DNA of 64,000 nucleotides, taken from the NCBI GenBank assembly GCA_963825525.1, contig CAWGTN010000002.1, positions 64,001 through 128,000 on the forward strand, given 5' to 3'. Source of the stretch: an uncultured Chloroflexia bacterium. Its GTDB lineage: Bacteria; Chloroflexota; Limnocylindria; QHBO01. The position numbers and the translations under genes were made by a program. The notes under the pieces were generated by a model. That model was not told the DNA's origin. It saw only the letters and a list, made by a program, of their open reading frames with translations, and ran no database searches. Every line of letters starts with the position of its first letter. The first letter of the stretch is position 1. Shown one piece after another: positions 53,578-62,716 of this stretch.

Positions 53578-53988
53578 TCAACGTGGTGTCTGGATGACAC
53601 GGATCATGTTGCCGGCCGGGTCGCGAAATGCGCAGTCACGGCCGTACGACTGGTCCATCGGCTCCTGGATGACCTCGGCGCCCGTCGCCTGCACGCGGTC
53701 GAAGGTGGCGTCGAGATCGGGCGTCGAGAAGTTCAGACCCCGCAGGAGTCCCTTCGCGAGCAGATCGCCCATCAGCTCGCGATCCGCCGCCGAGATACCC
53801 GGATCGGCCGCTGGCGGCTCGAGAACGATGTTGATGTCGGGCTGTGAGCGTGGTCCGACGGTGACCCAGCGCATGCCGTAGGCGGAAACGTCGTTGCGCA
53901 CCTCGAAGCCCAGGGCATCGCGGTAGAAGGCGATCGCCTTGTCATGGTCGTCAACTGCCAGGAAGCAGTCCTGCACTTTCAAATCCAT
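53578..53988 (-). CDS. VOC/glyoxalase family protein
   Basis: AIAFYRDALG, RWVTV, RDCAFRDPAGN. Confidence 0.92.
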   Translation of the reverse strand: MDLKVQDCFLAVDDHDKAIAFYRDALGFEVRNDVSAYGMRWVTVGPRSQPDINIVLEPPAADPGISAADRELMGDLLAKGLLRGLNFSTPDLDATFDRVQATGAEVIQEPMDQSYGRDCAFRDPAGNMIRVIQTPR

Positions 53989-53997
53989 GGACTGAGC

Positions 53998-54417
<420 letters not shown>

Positions 54418-54485
54418 GGCAGCAACGATACCGGGCTTCGGCAGCGCGGGCCGCGGAGCTCGCGGCGGGCAATCGAGCCGGGATG

Positions 54486-55184
54486 CTATTCGGGGGTGAC
54501 CAGGCTGCGCTCGTCGAGCTTCGCGCCGAAGTAGCGTGCCTCGGGATCGACCACGACGGTCCTCGTCCCGTCGCCGGCGCGTGCCAGGGCATCCCGCGCC
54601 ATCTGCTCGAAGGTGATCTTCCGAGGCCCACCGATGTCCACCGTGCCATTGATCGGGGCGGCGGACGCGGCCCGTGCCACGGCGGCCGCGACCTCGGCCG
54701 CGGGAATGGGTTGGATCAGCGCATCCGGGACGCGCACCTCGTCGCCGACGGTCAGCGAATCGGTGATCCCGCCGGTGAACTCGTCGAACTGCGTTGCTCG
54801 AACGATCGTGTACGGGAGGCCGGACGTGGTGATGACGCGTTCCTGGGCAACCTTTGCCCGCATGTACGGGCTATCCGGCATCCCGTCGACGCCGACGATC
54901 GACAACGCGACGTAGTGGCCGACGCCGGCGGCCTTGGCCGCGGTCGCGATGTTCGTCGCCGATGTCGAGAAGAATGCCATGACCGCATCGGGCTCGAAGG
55001 AGGGCGAGTTCGTGACGTCGACGAGCGCATCGGCACCGGCAAGCGCGGCAGCGAGGCCCTCACCGCTCAGGACATCGACACCGGACGATCGCGAGGACGC
55101 GATGACGTCGTGTCCTTCGCCACGGAGGAGCTCCACGACCGTGGTGCCGATGAGGCCGCTGGCTCCGACGACGGTGATCTTCAT
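54486..55184 (-). CDS. NmrA/atypical SDR oxidoreductase
   Basis: MKITVVGASGLIG, ALSIVG, YMRAK, VRATQF. Confidence 0.9.
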   Translation of the reverse strand: MKITVVGASGLIGTTVVELLRGEGHDVIASSRSSGVDVLSGEGLAAALAGADALVDVTNSPSFEPDAVMAFFSTSATNIATAAKAAGVGHYVALSIVGVDGMPDSPYMRAKVAQERVITTSGLPYTIVRATQFDEFTGGITDSLTVGDEVRVPDALIQPIPAAEVAAAVARAASAAPINGTVDIGGPRKITFEQMARDALARAGDGTRTVVVDPEARYFGAKLDERSLVTPE

Positions 55185-55189
55185 GTGCG

Positions 55190-55873
55190 TCAGATTGCCA
55201 TGAAGCGAGGACGTGAGCCAGGACTTGATCCGGACCGATACGACTCCAGCAGCTCGGCGAGTTCCCGCGGCCGGCTCAGCGCGGGGGTATGTGCGCTCGG
55301 CAGCTCGTCGGGCTCGATCCCCAGCCGATCGCGCACGACGCCCCGCAACCAGTCCGGGCGGAAGAACCGGTCGTCGAGGCCGATGATCACATGGGTCGGG
55401 ACGTCCGGCCACGCGTCCAGCGGCCATGGTTCCCGCGAGGTGGTCTCCGACTGCGTCCGCTCCTTCGAGCTCGCCTCGGCCGCGAGGGCGGGCTCGACGT
55501 CGTGATAGAAGGCGTCGGGCTCGTCCGCCGGAAATGTCCAGCCGGTGGCCGTCCACATCTCGTTGGCGCTCTCGCCGGGGCGAGGGATCATGGGGCAGAC
55601 CAGCACGAGACGGTCGGCCTTCGCCAGATGGGCCACGATCGGCGCGATGTAGCCGCCCCACGACTGACCGACCACGATGAGCTCGCCGTCACCGCGGTCG
55701 CGCGCGATGGCGTCGGTCACCGATCGGGCATTGTCAGTCAGCGTCGCGTCATCGTTCCCGATCGGCAGGTCGGGCGCAACGGTGCGGTGTCCTCGCGCCC
55801 GGAGCTCCCGCTCGACGAGGTGCCAGTACCAGCCCACGTCGAAGGCCCCGTGGATCAGGGCATAGGTCGCCAT
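55190..55873 (-). CDS. Alpha/beta hydrolase
   Basis: LIHGA, GQSWGG, SAHTP.LSRP. Confidence 0.9.
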   Translation of the reverse strand: MATYALIHGAFDVGWYWHLVERELRARGHRTVAPDLPIGNDDATLTDNARSVTDAIARDRGDGELIVVGQSWGGYIAPIVAHLAKADRLVLVCPMIPRPGESANEMWTATGWTFPADEPDAFYHDVEPALAAEASSKERTQSETTSREPWPLDAWPDVPTHVIIGLDDRFFRPDWLRGVVRDRLGIEPDELPSAHTPALSRPRELAELLESYRSGSSPGSRPRFMAI

Positions 55874-56041
55874 CGGTTGCAGTCTCCAGCATGCGGTTCA
55901 AGAGTTGGACGCCGTCAGAGCCTGGTACTCATCGGCGCGTCTACACTGCCCGCCTGCACACCCGAGCCCGGATGAGGCTGGCAGAATCCGGAGGGAACAT
56001 CATCAGCATCGGCGGACTGTAGGCAAAGGAGGGACGCCACG

Positions 56042-56242
56042 ATGACCTGGGAGCAGGCGGAAGAGACCGCACGGCCGGTCCTGAAGTGCCCGCTATGCGG
56101 CGGCACCGAGTTCGACCAGGAGCAGGGTCGGATGGACAGCCGATGGGGCATCACCAGCCACAAGCTCGTCCTTCAGATCTGCCGGACGTGCGGCCTGGTC
56201 CTCCAGTTCTCGGCCGGCCGCGGGATCTTCGACTTCGACTGA
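56042..56242 (+). CDS. Small zinc-ribbon protein, 66 aa
   Basis: CPLCGG...CRTCG; AGGAGG RBS. Confidence 0.8.
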   Translation: MTWEQAEETARPVLKCPLCGGTEFDQEQGRMDSRWGITSHKLVLQICRTCGLVLQFSAGRGIFDFD

Positions 56243-56244
56243 GC

Positions 56245-56841
56245 GTGTTCGATCGGCTTCCGGGACCGATGCGCCGATGGCTGTACGCCGGTGGCACCCG
56301 CCAGGATCGGTTGCGTGATCCCGATGCGGTCGTTGCCGCCCTCCGGCTGCGTCCCGGGATGGTGGTTGCCGACCTCGGCCCGGGCTACGGCCACTTCACG
56401 CTCCGGATGAGCCGCGCCGTGGCGCCCGACGGGGTCGTCTACGCGCTCGACGCGAGCCGGACCACCCTCGACGAGCTTCGGCAGGCGGCCGAAGAACGAG
56501 ATGTCACCACGATGAAGTTCGTCGAGATTCCGCGTGACCGCCTGGTCGTGCCTGAGCCGGTCGACCTGCTCTTCGTCTCAGCCACGTACCACCACCTGCC
56601 CGACCCGGCAAGGTACTTCACCGAAGCGCGAGCGCTCCTGAAGCCCCGCGGGCGCCTCGTCATCCTTGAAGCGCGGCGCGAGGGCGTGCTCGCCCAGTGG
56701 CGTGGGCGGCATGCGACATCGCCCCGCCGCGTCGAGCGTGAGATGCGCGAGGCGGGGTACCGGCTCGTCGACACCCACGCTCTCGTGCCGGGCCACCTGT
56801 TCGCGGAGTTCACCGCCTCGCCGCCCGGGGATCGCAGCTAG
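56245..56841 (+). CDS. Class I SAM-dependent methyltransferase
   Basis: VADLGPGYG, VYALD, YHHL, LKPRGRLVI. Confidence 0.88.
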   Translation: MFDRLPGPMRRWLYAGGTRQDRLRDPDAVVAALRLRPGMVVADLGPGYGHFTLRMSRAVAPDGVVYALDASRTTLDELRQAAEERDVTTMKFVEIPRDRLVVPEPVDLLFVSATYHHLPDPARYFTEARALLKPRGRLVILEARREGVLAQWRGRHATSPRRVEREMREAGYRLVDTHALVPGHLFAEFTASPPGDRS

Positions 56842-59165
56842 GGGGACGGCGTCGGGCTGGGGGAGGGGCTCGGGGTGGGGCTGCTCGTCGGCGTCGAGGT
56901 CGGCCGGCTGGTCGGCGTCGCGGTGGACGCCGCTGAACCCGACGGCGACGGCGACGACGAGGAGGATGGTGTCGGCTGCGTCGTCGGGCTCGACGTTCCG
57001 GCCGGCGTCCCGCTCGGGCTCGGCGTCAGCGTCGGCCCCGGCGTTCCCGACGCACCGACGGACGACGACGCGGAGGGTGACGGCGTGACCTGCGGCGTGA
57101 CCCCCAGGATGGCGATGATCTCCGCCTTGTAGTCCTCGAACTGTGCGATGACATCGGCGAGGGGCAGCGTGGGGATGGTCTCGGCGAAGGCCGCGATCTC
57201 CTCCCACAGATCGGCGAGCGATAGCTGCTGCTCCTGATCGGGCAGGGAGTCGATCGTCACCACCAGCTGGCTCGCGACGGCTGCCGTGATGCACTCGAAG
57301 CACTCGTAGTTCACCGCCGCGCTCAGGTTCTGCGGGACGATGACGTCGGCGTGCCCGACGATGACCACGACCTGGAAGGCCACCGCGACGGTGACGCAGT
57401 CGCTGCAGCTCGCGAACGCGTACGCCTCGTTCGTGTTGAGCACCGGGTCCTCGCCGGTGACCCAGACCATTGCCACGGCCACGTCGTACTGGGCCGTGCC
57501 GTCGCTCGTGTTGACGGAGATCGCCTGGTTGTCTCCCGGGTCGGGCGGCAGCGGCTCGTTGAACGGGAAGACCCATGCGGGCTCGGCGGTACCACCGGGA
57601 TCGGCTCCGTCGCCTGCGCCATCCGACTCGCGCGGAACGAGGACCAGCGCCATCTGTGGCTCGTCCTCGGTCGGCCGCGGGCCGCCGTCCGACATGAGCG
57701 TCAGCACCTCGCCACCTCGGGCGGTGGTCGTTGGCGGCCGATCGAAGCCTGCTGCGCCCAGGGGAACATTGGCGACGCTGAAGATCGTCCCATCCTCGAA
57801 CGGGCTCACCGGGCGATAGCGCTCGGCGCCTGGCCACCACGCGAACGCGAGGGCCACGACGGCGGCGAGTACGAGCGCTCCGGCACCCGTGCGACGCACG
57901 GGCCGGCCCTCGGTCCGGCGCCACAGGCTGCGCACGATGCCGTAGACCACCCGGCCCAGGACGAATCCGATCGCCAGGATCGGGAGCGTCACGACCGCCA
58001 TCGCGAGAACGGCGCCGGCGGCATCGATGAAGGCTCCAGCCGCCAGATGCGCGCCCGCCCGCCCCCATTCGCGGCCGATGCTGTCGAGGGCAGTGCCGAT
58101 GATGCGCGGCGCCGCCAACACCATGGCGAACAGTGAGAACGCGAGCAGGGGCACCACGACCAGCACCCACAGGGTGACGATGATCCGAACCCACCACTTG
58201 AGTTGCGCGACGCGCGGATCGTTCCAGCGGCCCGGCCAGAAGGAGGTCAGGATCGGCCATATCCGCGAGAAGAGGTCGGGCACGCCGGTGACGTCGGCGA
58301 GGACGTGGTACCCGTCGAACCGCACGAGCGGGGCAAGCTGGCGGATCATCTGAAGGATCTGGGCGGCGATGATCAGGAGCAGCGCATCCCAGCCGGTGAC
58401 CCACCAGGCCGCGGCGATGGCGACGGTGACGATCGCGTTGAAGTACAGGCCACCGAGGTCGGTGCGCAGGCGGGCTGCCCGACCCAGGCGATAGGTATCG
58501 GTCACATCGGTGTAGAAGGCTGGCCAGAGCAGGAACCAGCCGGCTCCCATCGCGCCCGGTTGGGCTCCGCCACGTCGGGCCGCGGCCGCATGGCCGAACT
58601 CGTGGAAGCCCGCCGAGAGGATCGTGATGACGAGGACGAGTGCCAGAAGGTCCGGCTTGGCGAACGCCTGGTACGTCGCTGACGCCAGGCCCTGCTCGGC
58701 AAGGAGCCACCAGGCGATCCATCCAAACAGGGCGATCAGCGGGATCCAGGCCAGGGGATGGAACAGGACCGTGAACGGGGCGGTGATCCGACGCGTGAGG
58801 GCTGGATCGGTCACCGCGAACCGCAGCTTGAGCCCGGTCAGCGGATTGGACCGCTTCAGCTCCGGGATCGATCCATCTGCGCCGAGCAGCAAGCCGCGCG
58901 GCCGCAGCTGCTTCTCGGCGAGCGTCGCGACATCGGAGGCCGAGATCCGGCGGCCAGTGCGCTCGGACACGAGCTCCGCGATCTCCTCGTGGCCCCGCTG
59001 GCCGTCAACCGCATCGAGGACGGCGTACAGCAGGGGCGTCAGCTGGAGGGTCTGGCCGTCCTGCCGGCGGACCAGGGCGGGCGGTACGCGGTACCCCGAC
59101 CCCTCCATCTCGCCGATGAGCTCGAGGCCGTCCGGGCGCACCGGGACGTCAGCGACCATCGCCAT
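56838..59165 (-). CDS. PqqD/RRE-like + M50-type membrane zinc metallopeptidase + CxxC beta-repeat domain (YydH-like peptide zinc metalloprotease)
   Basis: N-terminal LTPLLYAVLDAVDG....EIA wHTH; FHEFGHAAA; PAFYTDVT; GGLYFN; PLVRFDGY; C-terminal NEAYAFASCSDC and NLSAAVNYECFEC repeats; S/T/P tail. Confidence 0.85.
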   Translation of the reverse strand: MAMVADVPVRPDGLELIGEMEGSGYRVPPALVRRQDGQTLQLTPLLYAVLDAVDGQRGHEEIAELVSERTGRRISASDVATLAEKQLRPRGLLLGADGSIPELKRSNPLTGLKLRFAVTDPALTRRITAPFTVLFHPLAWIPLIALFGWIAWWLLAEQGLASATYQAFAKPDLLALVLVITILSAGFHEFGHAAAARRGGAQPGAMGAGWFLLWPAFYTDVTDTYRLGRAARLRTDLGGLYFNAIVTVAIAAAWWVTGWDALLLIIAAQILQMIRQLAPLVRFDGYHVLADVTGVPDLFSRIWPILTSFWPGRWNDPRVAQLKWWVRIIVTLWVLVVVPLLAFSLFAMVLAAPRIIGTALDSIGREWGRAGAHLAAGAFIDAAGAVLAMAVVTLPILAIGFVLGRVVYGIVRSLWRRTEGRPVRRTGAGALVLAAVVALAFAWWPGAERYRPVSPFEDGTIFSVANVPLGAAGFDRPPTTTARGGEVLTLMSDGGPRPTEDEPQMALVLVPRESDGAGDGADPGGTAEPAWVFPFNEPLPPDPGDNQAISVNTSDGTAQYDVAVAMVWVTGEDPVLNTNEAYAFASCSDCVTVAVAFQVVVIVGHADVIVPQNLSAAVNYECFECITAAVASQLVVTIDSLPDQEQQLSLADLWEEIAAFAETIPTLPLADVIAQFEDYKAEIIAILGVTPQVTPSPSASSSVGASGTPGPTLTPSPSGTPAGTSSPTTQPTPSSSSSPSPSGSAASTATPTSRPTSTPTSSPTPSPSPSPTPSP

Positions 59166-59193
59166 GCGGCTCCTTCACGAGGCACGAATGCGT

Positions 59194-59224
59194 GCCGCGC
59201 AGGGTCACCCGAACCCCACGCGGC
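59194..59224 (-). terminator. Intergenic hairpin between the repeat protein and the peptidase
   Basis: GCCGCGUGGGGUU-CGGGU-GACCCUGCGCGGC, a 13-bp stem including G-U pairs. Confidence 0.6.
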
Positions 59225-59237
59225 GCCGTTGTCCGAG

Positions 59238-59963
59238 CTACTGGCTGATCTCGGAGTCCTGGTCCACGACTGCCGAGCTGTCGCCGTCGATCGACTGGTC
59301 GATGATCGCGTCCTGCACCGAGACGGCGGTCGCGCTCGACCCGATCGACCCGACGTTGGCGGCCACGGCTGCATCGATCGGGGCGGCCACGTTGGCGTTG
59401 GCCGCCACCGCACCCGCGATCGGCGCGGTCAGGTCCGCATCGGCCGCCAGGTTGACGTCGATGTTGAGCAGGTCGCCGCTCAGCATGTCGCCGGCGTCGA
59501 CACCGGTGACCGAGTCTCCGGCAACTGCGCCCGCAGCACCGGCCGCGTCGTCGACCGCGCCGCTGCCATCGGCGAGATCGGCGGTTCCGGCATCCGCATC
59601 GGCGCCGGCGTCGACACTGTCGGACGCCTGGTCAATGTCGCTGGCCTGTGTCGCGGCCGCCGAGGCATCGCCCACGATGCCCTGCGTGATCATCACGCCC
59701 TGGTCGCTCAGCGCCTGGGCGGTGGAGCCGGCGGAGAGGACATTCGCGCCCACTGCGGCATCGATCGGGGCGGCGACATTGGCGTTCGCGGCGACCGCCA
59801 GGTCGACCGGTGCCGCGAGATCGAGCGCAATGTCTGCGTCGACCTGCAGGTCGAGGATCGAGACGACTTCCTTGTCCGGAAGCGCGGTGACCTCTTCGGC
59901 GGCCAGCTCGTCCGCGGTCAGGCCCTTGGTCGGGTCGGTATCGTGAGAAGCGTTCGTGCTCAT
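59238..59963 (-). CDS. 241-aa acidic repeat protein with RiPP-like leader and two 77-aa amyloid-like repeats
   Basis: AAGGGGA RBS; leader LTADELAAEEVTALPDKEVVS; repeats share AVAANANVAAPIDAAV.ANV.S.GS.A.A.S.Q...I.Q. Confidence 0.85.
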   Translation of the reverse strand: MSTNASHDTDPTKGLTADELAAEEVTALPDKEVVSILDLQVDADIALDLAAPVDLAVAANANVAAPIDAAVGANVLSAGSTAQALSDQGVMITQGIVGDASAAATQASDIDQASDSVDAGADADAGTADLADGSGAVDDAAGAAGAVAGDSVTGVDAGDMLSGDLLNIDVNLAADADLTAPIAGAVAANANVAAPIDAAVAANVGSIGSSATAVSVQDAIIDQSIDGDSSAVVDQDSEISQ

Positions 59964-60206
59964 TGTTTCCCCTTGTCTGCTCACCCCGAGTGCGGGGTCG
60001 GCATCGCTGGAAGCACGATGCGTGCCGAAATGCCGGGCCGGTGCACGGCGCGTGCCCGAGTGGGCGCTTCGTGGTGCGCCCGGTCGACAGAGACGGACCG
60101 GCACCGGAGTTGCGGGCGCTTCGGACATTGCCGCGGTAGGAGTCGCAGATATCCCACCCCTCTCGGTGCGCCGAAACAGTTGGTTTCGCTGGCGCATCTG
60201 TGACAC

Positions 60207-60752
60207 ATGAACCCATCGACCGATGTCGTTCGACGGGACCGCCCAGCGTCGGGTGCTGACCTGATCCGACGAGCGGGGTCCGGTGACCGCGATGCATTGG
60301 CAGCGCTGGTGGATGCGCACCACGCCGACATGCTGCGCGTCAGCTTCGTCGTCTGCGGGGACCGCGACATCGCCCGTGACGCTGTGCAATCCGCCTGGCT
60401 GCGAGCTGCGACGCGGTTGGGCTCTGTCCGAGATCACACCCGCGTGCGCGCTTGGCTGTGCTCGGTGGCCGCCAATGAGGCCCGGATGGCCGTCCGTCGG
60501 CGGCGACCGACTGTCCCGGTTTCGGCTCTGGACGACCACGTCGCGGAGCGCGGTATGCCCACGGCAGCCGCGTTGGACCTCGTCGCGACGCTGGAGAGCC
60601 TCGACATTCAGGATCGTCAGCTTCTCGCGCTCCGATACATCGCCGGCTTCAGCTCGACGGAGCTGGCGGACCACTTCGCCATCACCCCGGCTGGCGTTCG
60701 CAGCCGCCTGAAGCGCCTGCTCGATCGGCTACGGAAGGAGCTCGACCGATGA
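60207..60752 (+). CDS. ECF sigma-70 factor
   Basis: GDRDALAALV, ARDAVQSAW, RAWLCSVAAN, LALRY..GFS..ELA, VRSRL.R. Confidence 0.9.
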   Translation: MNPSTDVVRRDRPASGADLIRRAGSGDRDALAALVDAHHADMLRVSFVVCGDRDIARDAVQSAWLRAATRLGSVRDHTRVRAWLCSVAANEARMAVRRRRPTVPVSALDDHVAERGMPTAAALDLVATLESLDIQDRQLLALRYIAGFSSTELADHFAITPAGVRSRLKRLLDRLRKELDR

Positions 60753-61888
60753 CCGACCGATCACAACACCCCGACCCGTTTGAGGAGGCACTGGCCGCCT
60801 CGCTGGAGCGATACACCGCCGATGTCGACGTCACCGGTGACGCGTATGCAATGGCAGATGCGATGCTCGGGGTGCGCCGACAGCACCGCTTCCGCATCGG
60901 CCTGGGTGCGGTCGCGGGCGGGCTCGCCACGGCGGTACTGGCCGTGATCGCAATCGGTGCGCTTGCGGAGCCGCAACCCCAGGTGGGACCCGCTTCGACG
61001 GAGTCGCCCCGAGCGACCGAGTCGCTGCAGCCGACGGAGGGTTTGATTCCGTCGCCGGAGCCGAGCGCCGAGACGCTCCCTGGTGTCGAGGCACCCGAAG
61101 CCTGCGGGTTCCCGGAGGGCACTGGGCTCTCGTACGCGGGCCGCTCGACGACGGCCAGACGCGGCGTCCAGGAGGTCGTGGGGGACAAGTGGAGCTTCGA
61201 GCCCGCCGACATCTACATCACCAGCGAGAAACAGGAACAGGCCAATGGGATCCGCGGGCGGCTGGTCTGCGCAATCTTCGTCAATGCGGACTTCGTCGAG
61301 GTCACCATGCATCCCGAAGATGGCGGGCGGTTCTCCCCCGCCCCCGAGTCGTCTGTCTTCGAGGCGACATGCTCACCGTCCCCGACTCCCGCACCACGGT
61401 CCGGCGACGAGCCGTACGTCGTCACTGCGACGGAACTCTGGGAGGCGGGCCAGTGCGGAGACGCGCTCGCCAGGTACGGCGGAGCCGATCTGACCCTCGT
61501 GGCTTACCCGTCGGGCCTGAACGGGGTCGTGGATCCGTGCCCGTCCCTGGAGCCGCCCTGGTTCCAAGACTGTTCGGTTGATGCGGTGGTCTTCCTTCGT
61601 GCGCCGGACGCACCTCGAGACGAACTTGGTCTGGGACCCACGGCCGCGGCTGTCATCCATCCGGACCTTGGCGCCCTGCCGGACATCCGGGACGACCTTG
61701 GCCTGGAGCCCGGAGCGACGACGCTCATGCGGTTCACCGCCCACTTCGACGACCCGGCCGCGTCCGAGTGCCGGTACGAGGAATGGAACGGGGGTCTAGG
61801 ACCGTCACCGACTCCCGGTGAGGTCGTTGAGGAGTGTCGCAGTACGCTCGTCATCACGGCGTTCGAACCTGTCGAGCCGTGCCGATGA
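60749..61888 (+). CDS. Putative anti-sigma factor (single TM, Cys-containing extracellular domains)
   Basis: ATGA overlap with the ECF gene; short cytoplasmic N-terminus, RRQHRFR followed by a TM helix, P/S/T linker, HFDDPAASEC...ECR. Confidence 0.72.
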   Translation: MTDRSQHPDPFEEALAASLERYTADVDVTGDAYAMADAMLGVRRQHRFRIGLGAVAGGLATAVLAVIAIGALAEPQPQVGPASTESPRATESLQPTEGLIPSPEPSAETLPGVEAPEACGFPEGTGLSYAGRSTTARRGVQEVVGDKWSFEPADIYITSEKQEQANGIRGRLVCAIFVNADFVEVTMHPEDGGRFSPAPESSVFEATCSPSPTPAPRSGDEPYVVTATELWEAGQCGDALARYGGADLTLVAYPSGLNGVVDPCPSLEPPWFQDCSVDAVVFLRAPDAPRDELGLGPTAAAVIHPDLGALPDIRDDLGLEPGATTLMRFTAHFDDPAASECRYEEWNGGLGPSPTPGEVVEECRSTLVITAFEPVEPCR

Positions 61889-61917
61889 GTTTATCTGTGG
61901 CGGCGGTCCAAACGGAC

Positions 61918-62559
61918 ATGAGCAAGGACACGCGCATACATCTCAGTTTCACTGGACGGCTACGTTGCGGGTCCCAACGAGACCATGGAGAATCCGCTCG
62001 GCGAGAACGGTGAGCGGCTGCACGACTGGGTGACCGAGCTGCGGTCCTGGCGCGAGCTCCAGGGCATGGAGGGCGGCGTAGAGAACGTCAGCAACGCCGT
62101 GGTGACCGAGGACAACGCCGACATCGGCGCCGAGATCATGGGTCGCGGCAAGTTCGGTCCGCCGAGCCGCGGCGCGTGGGGGCCGGACCCGTGGCAGGGA
62201 TGGTGGGGTGACGATCCGCCGTTCCACAAGCCGGTCTTCGTCCTCACGCACCACGAGCGGGAGCCGCTCACACTCTCGGACACGACCTACACCTTCGTGA
62301 CCGATGGCATCGAGGCGGCCCTCGACCGAGCGCGAGCCGCGGCGGGGGAGAAGGACGTCCTGATCGGCGGGGGTGCGAAGACGATCAACCAGTTCCTGGC
62401 CGCCGGTCTCGTGGACCAGCTGGGCCTCCACGTCGTGCCGATCATCCTCGGTGGCGGTGCCCGCCTCTTCGACGGTGTCGGGCCGGAGGTCGGGCTCAGC
62501 TCGTCCGGGTCATCGATGCCCCAGGCGTGACACACCTCACATACCGCCTTAAGAAGTAG
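61918..62559 (+). CDS. Dihydrofolate reductase/RibD C-terminal family protein (two apparent indels)
   Basis: Corrected reading MSKTRAYISVSLDGYVAGPN...MGRGKF, PVFVLTH, IGGGA, LGGGARLF...VTHLTYRLKK*. Confidence 0.85.
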
Positions 62560-62716
62560 GGCGATGCCGCGCACCATTGAGAGCAATCGCACCCCGACCA
62601 CGATCGGACGGCATAAGGGAGTTGCCGAGCGGGCATCCTTTCGTACATCTCGCATCGAGCTCGGGAAATGCAATAGCCTTGGTACTCGATTACGGCCTAA
62701 AGAGAGGGGAATTGCC

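Noticed and set aside
56245-56841. Methyltransferase as a tailoring enzyme of the leader-peptide system
   Set aside because: It is convergently transcribed and coupled to a zinc-ribbon gene, with no sequence evidence of linkage
59964-60674. 478-aa version of the repeat protein from the ORF track
   Set aside because: The N-terminal extension overlaps the ECF gene on the opposite strand; the RBS supports a start at 59963
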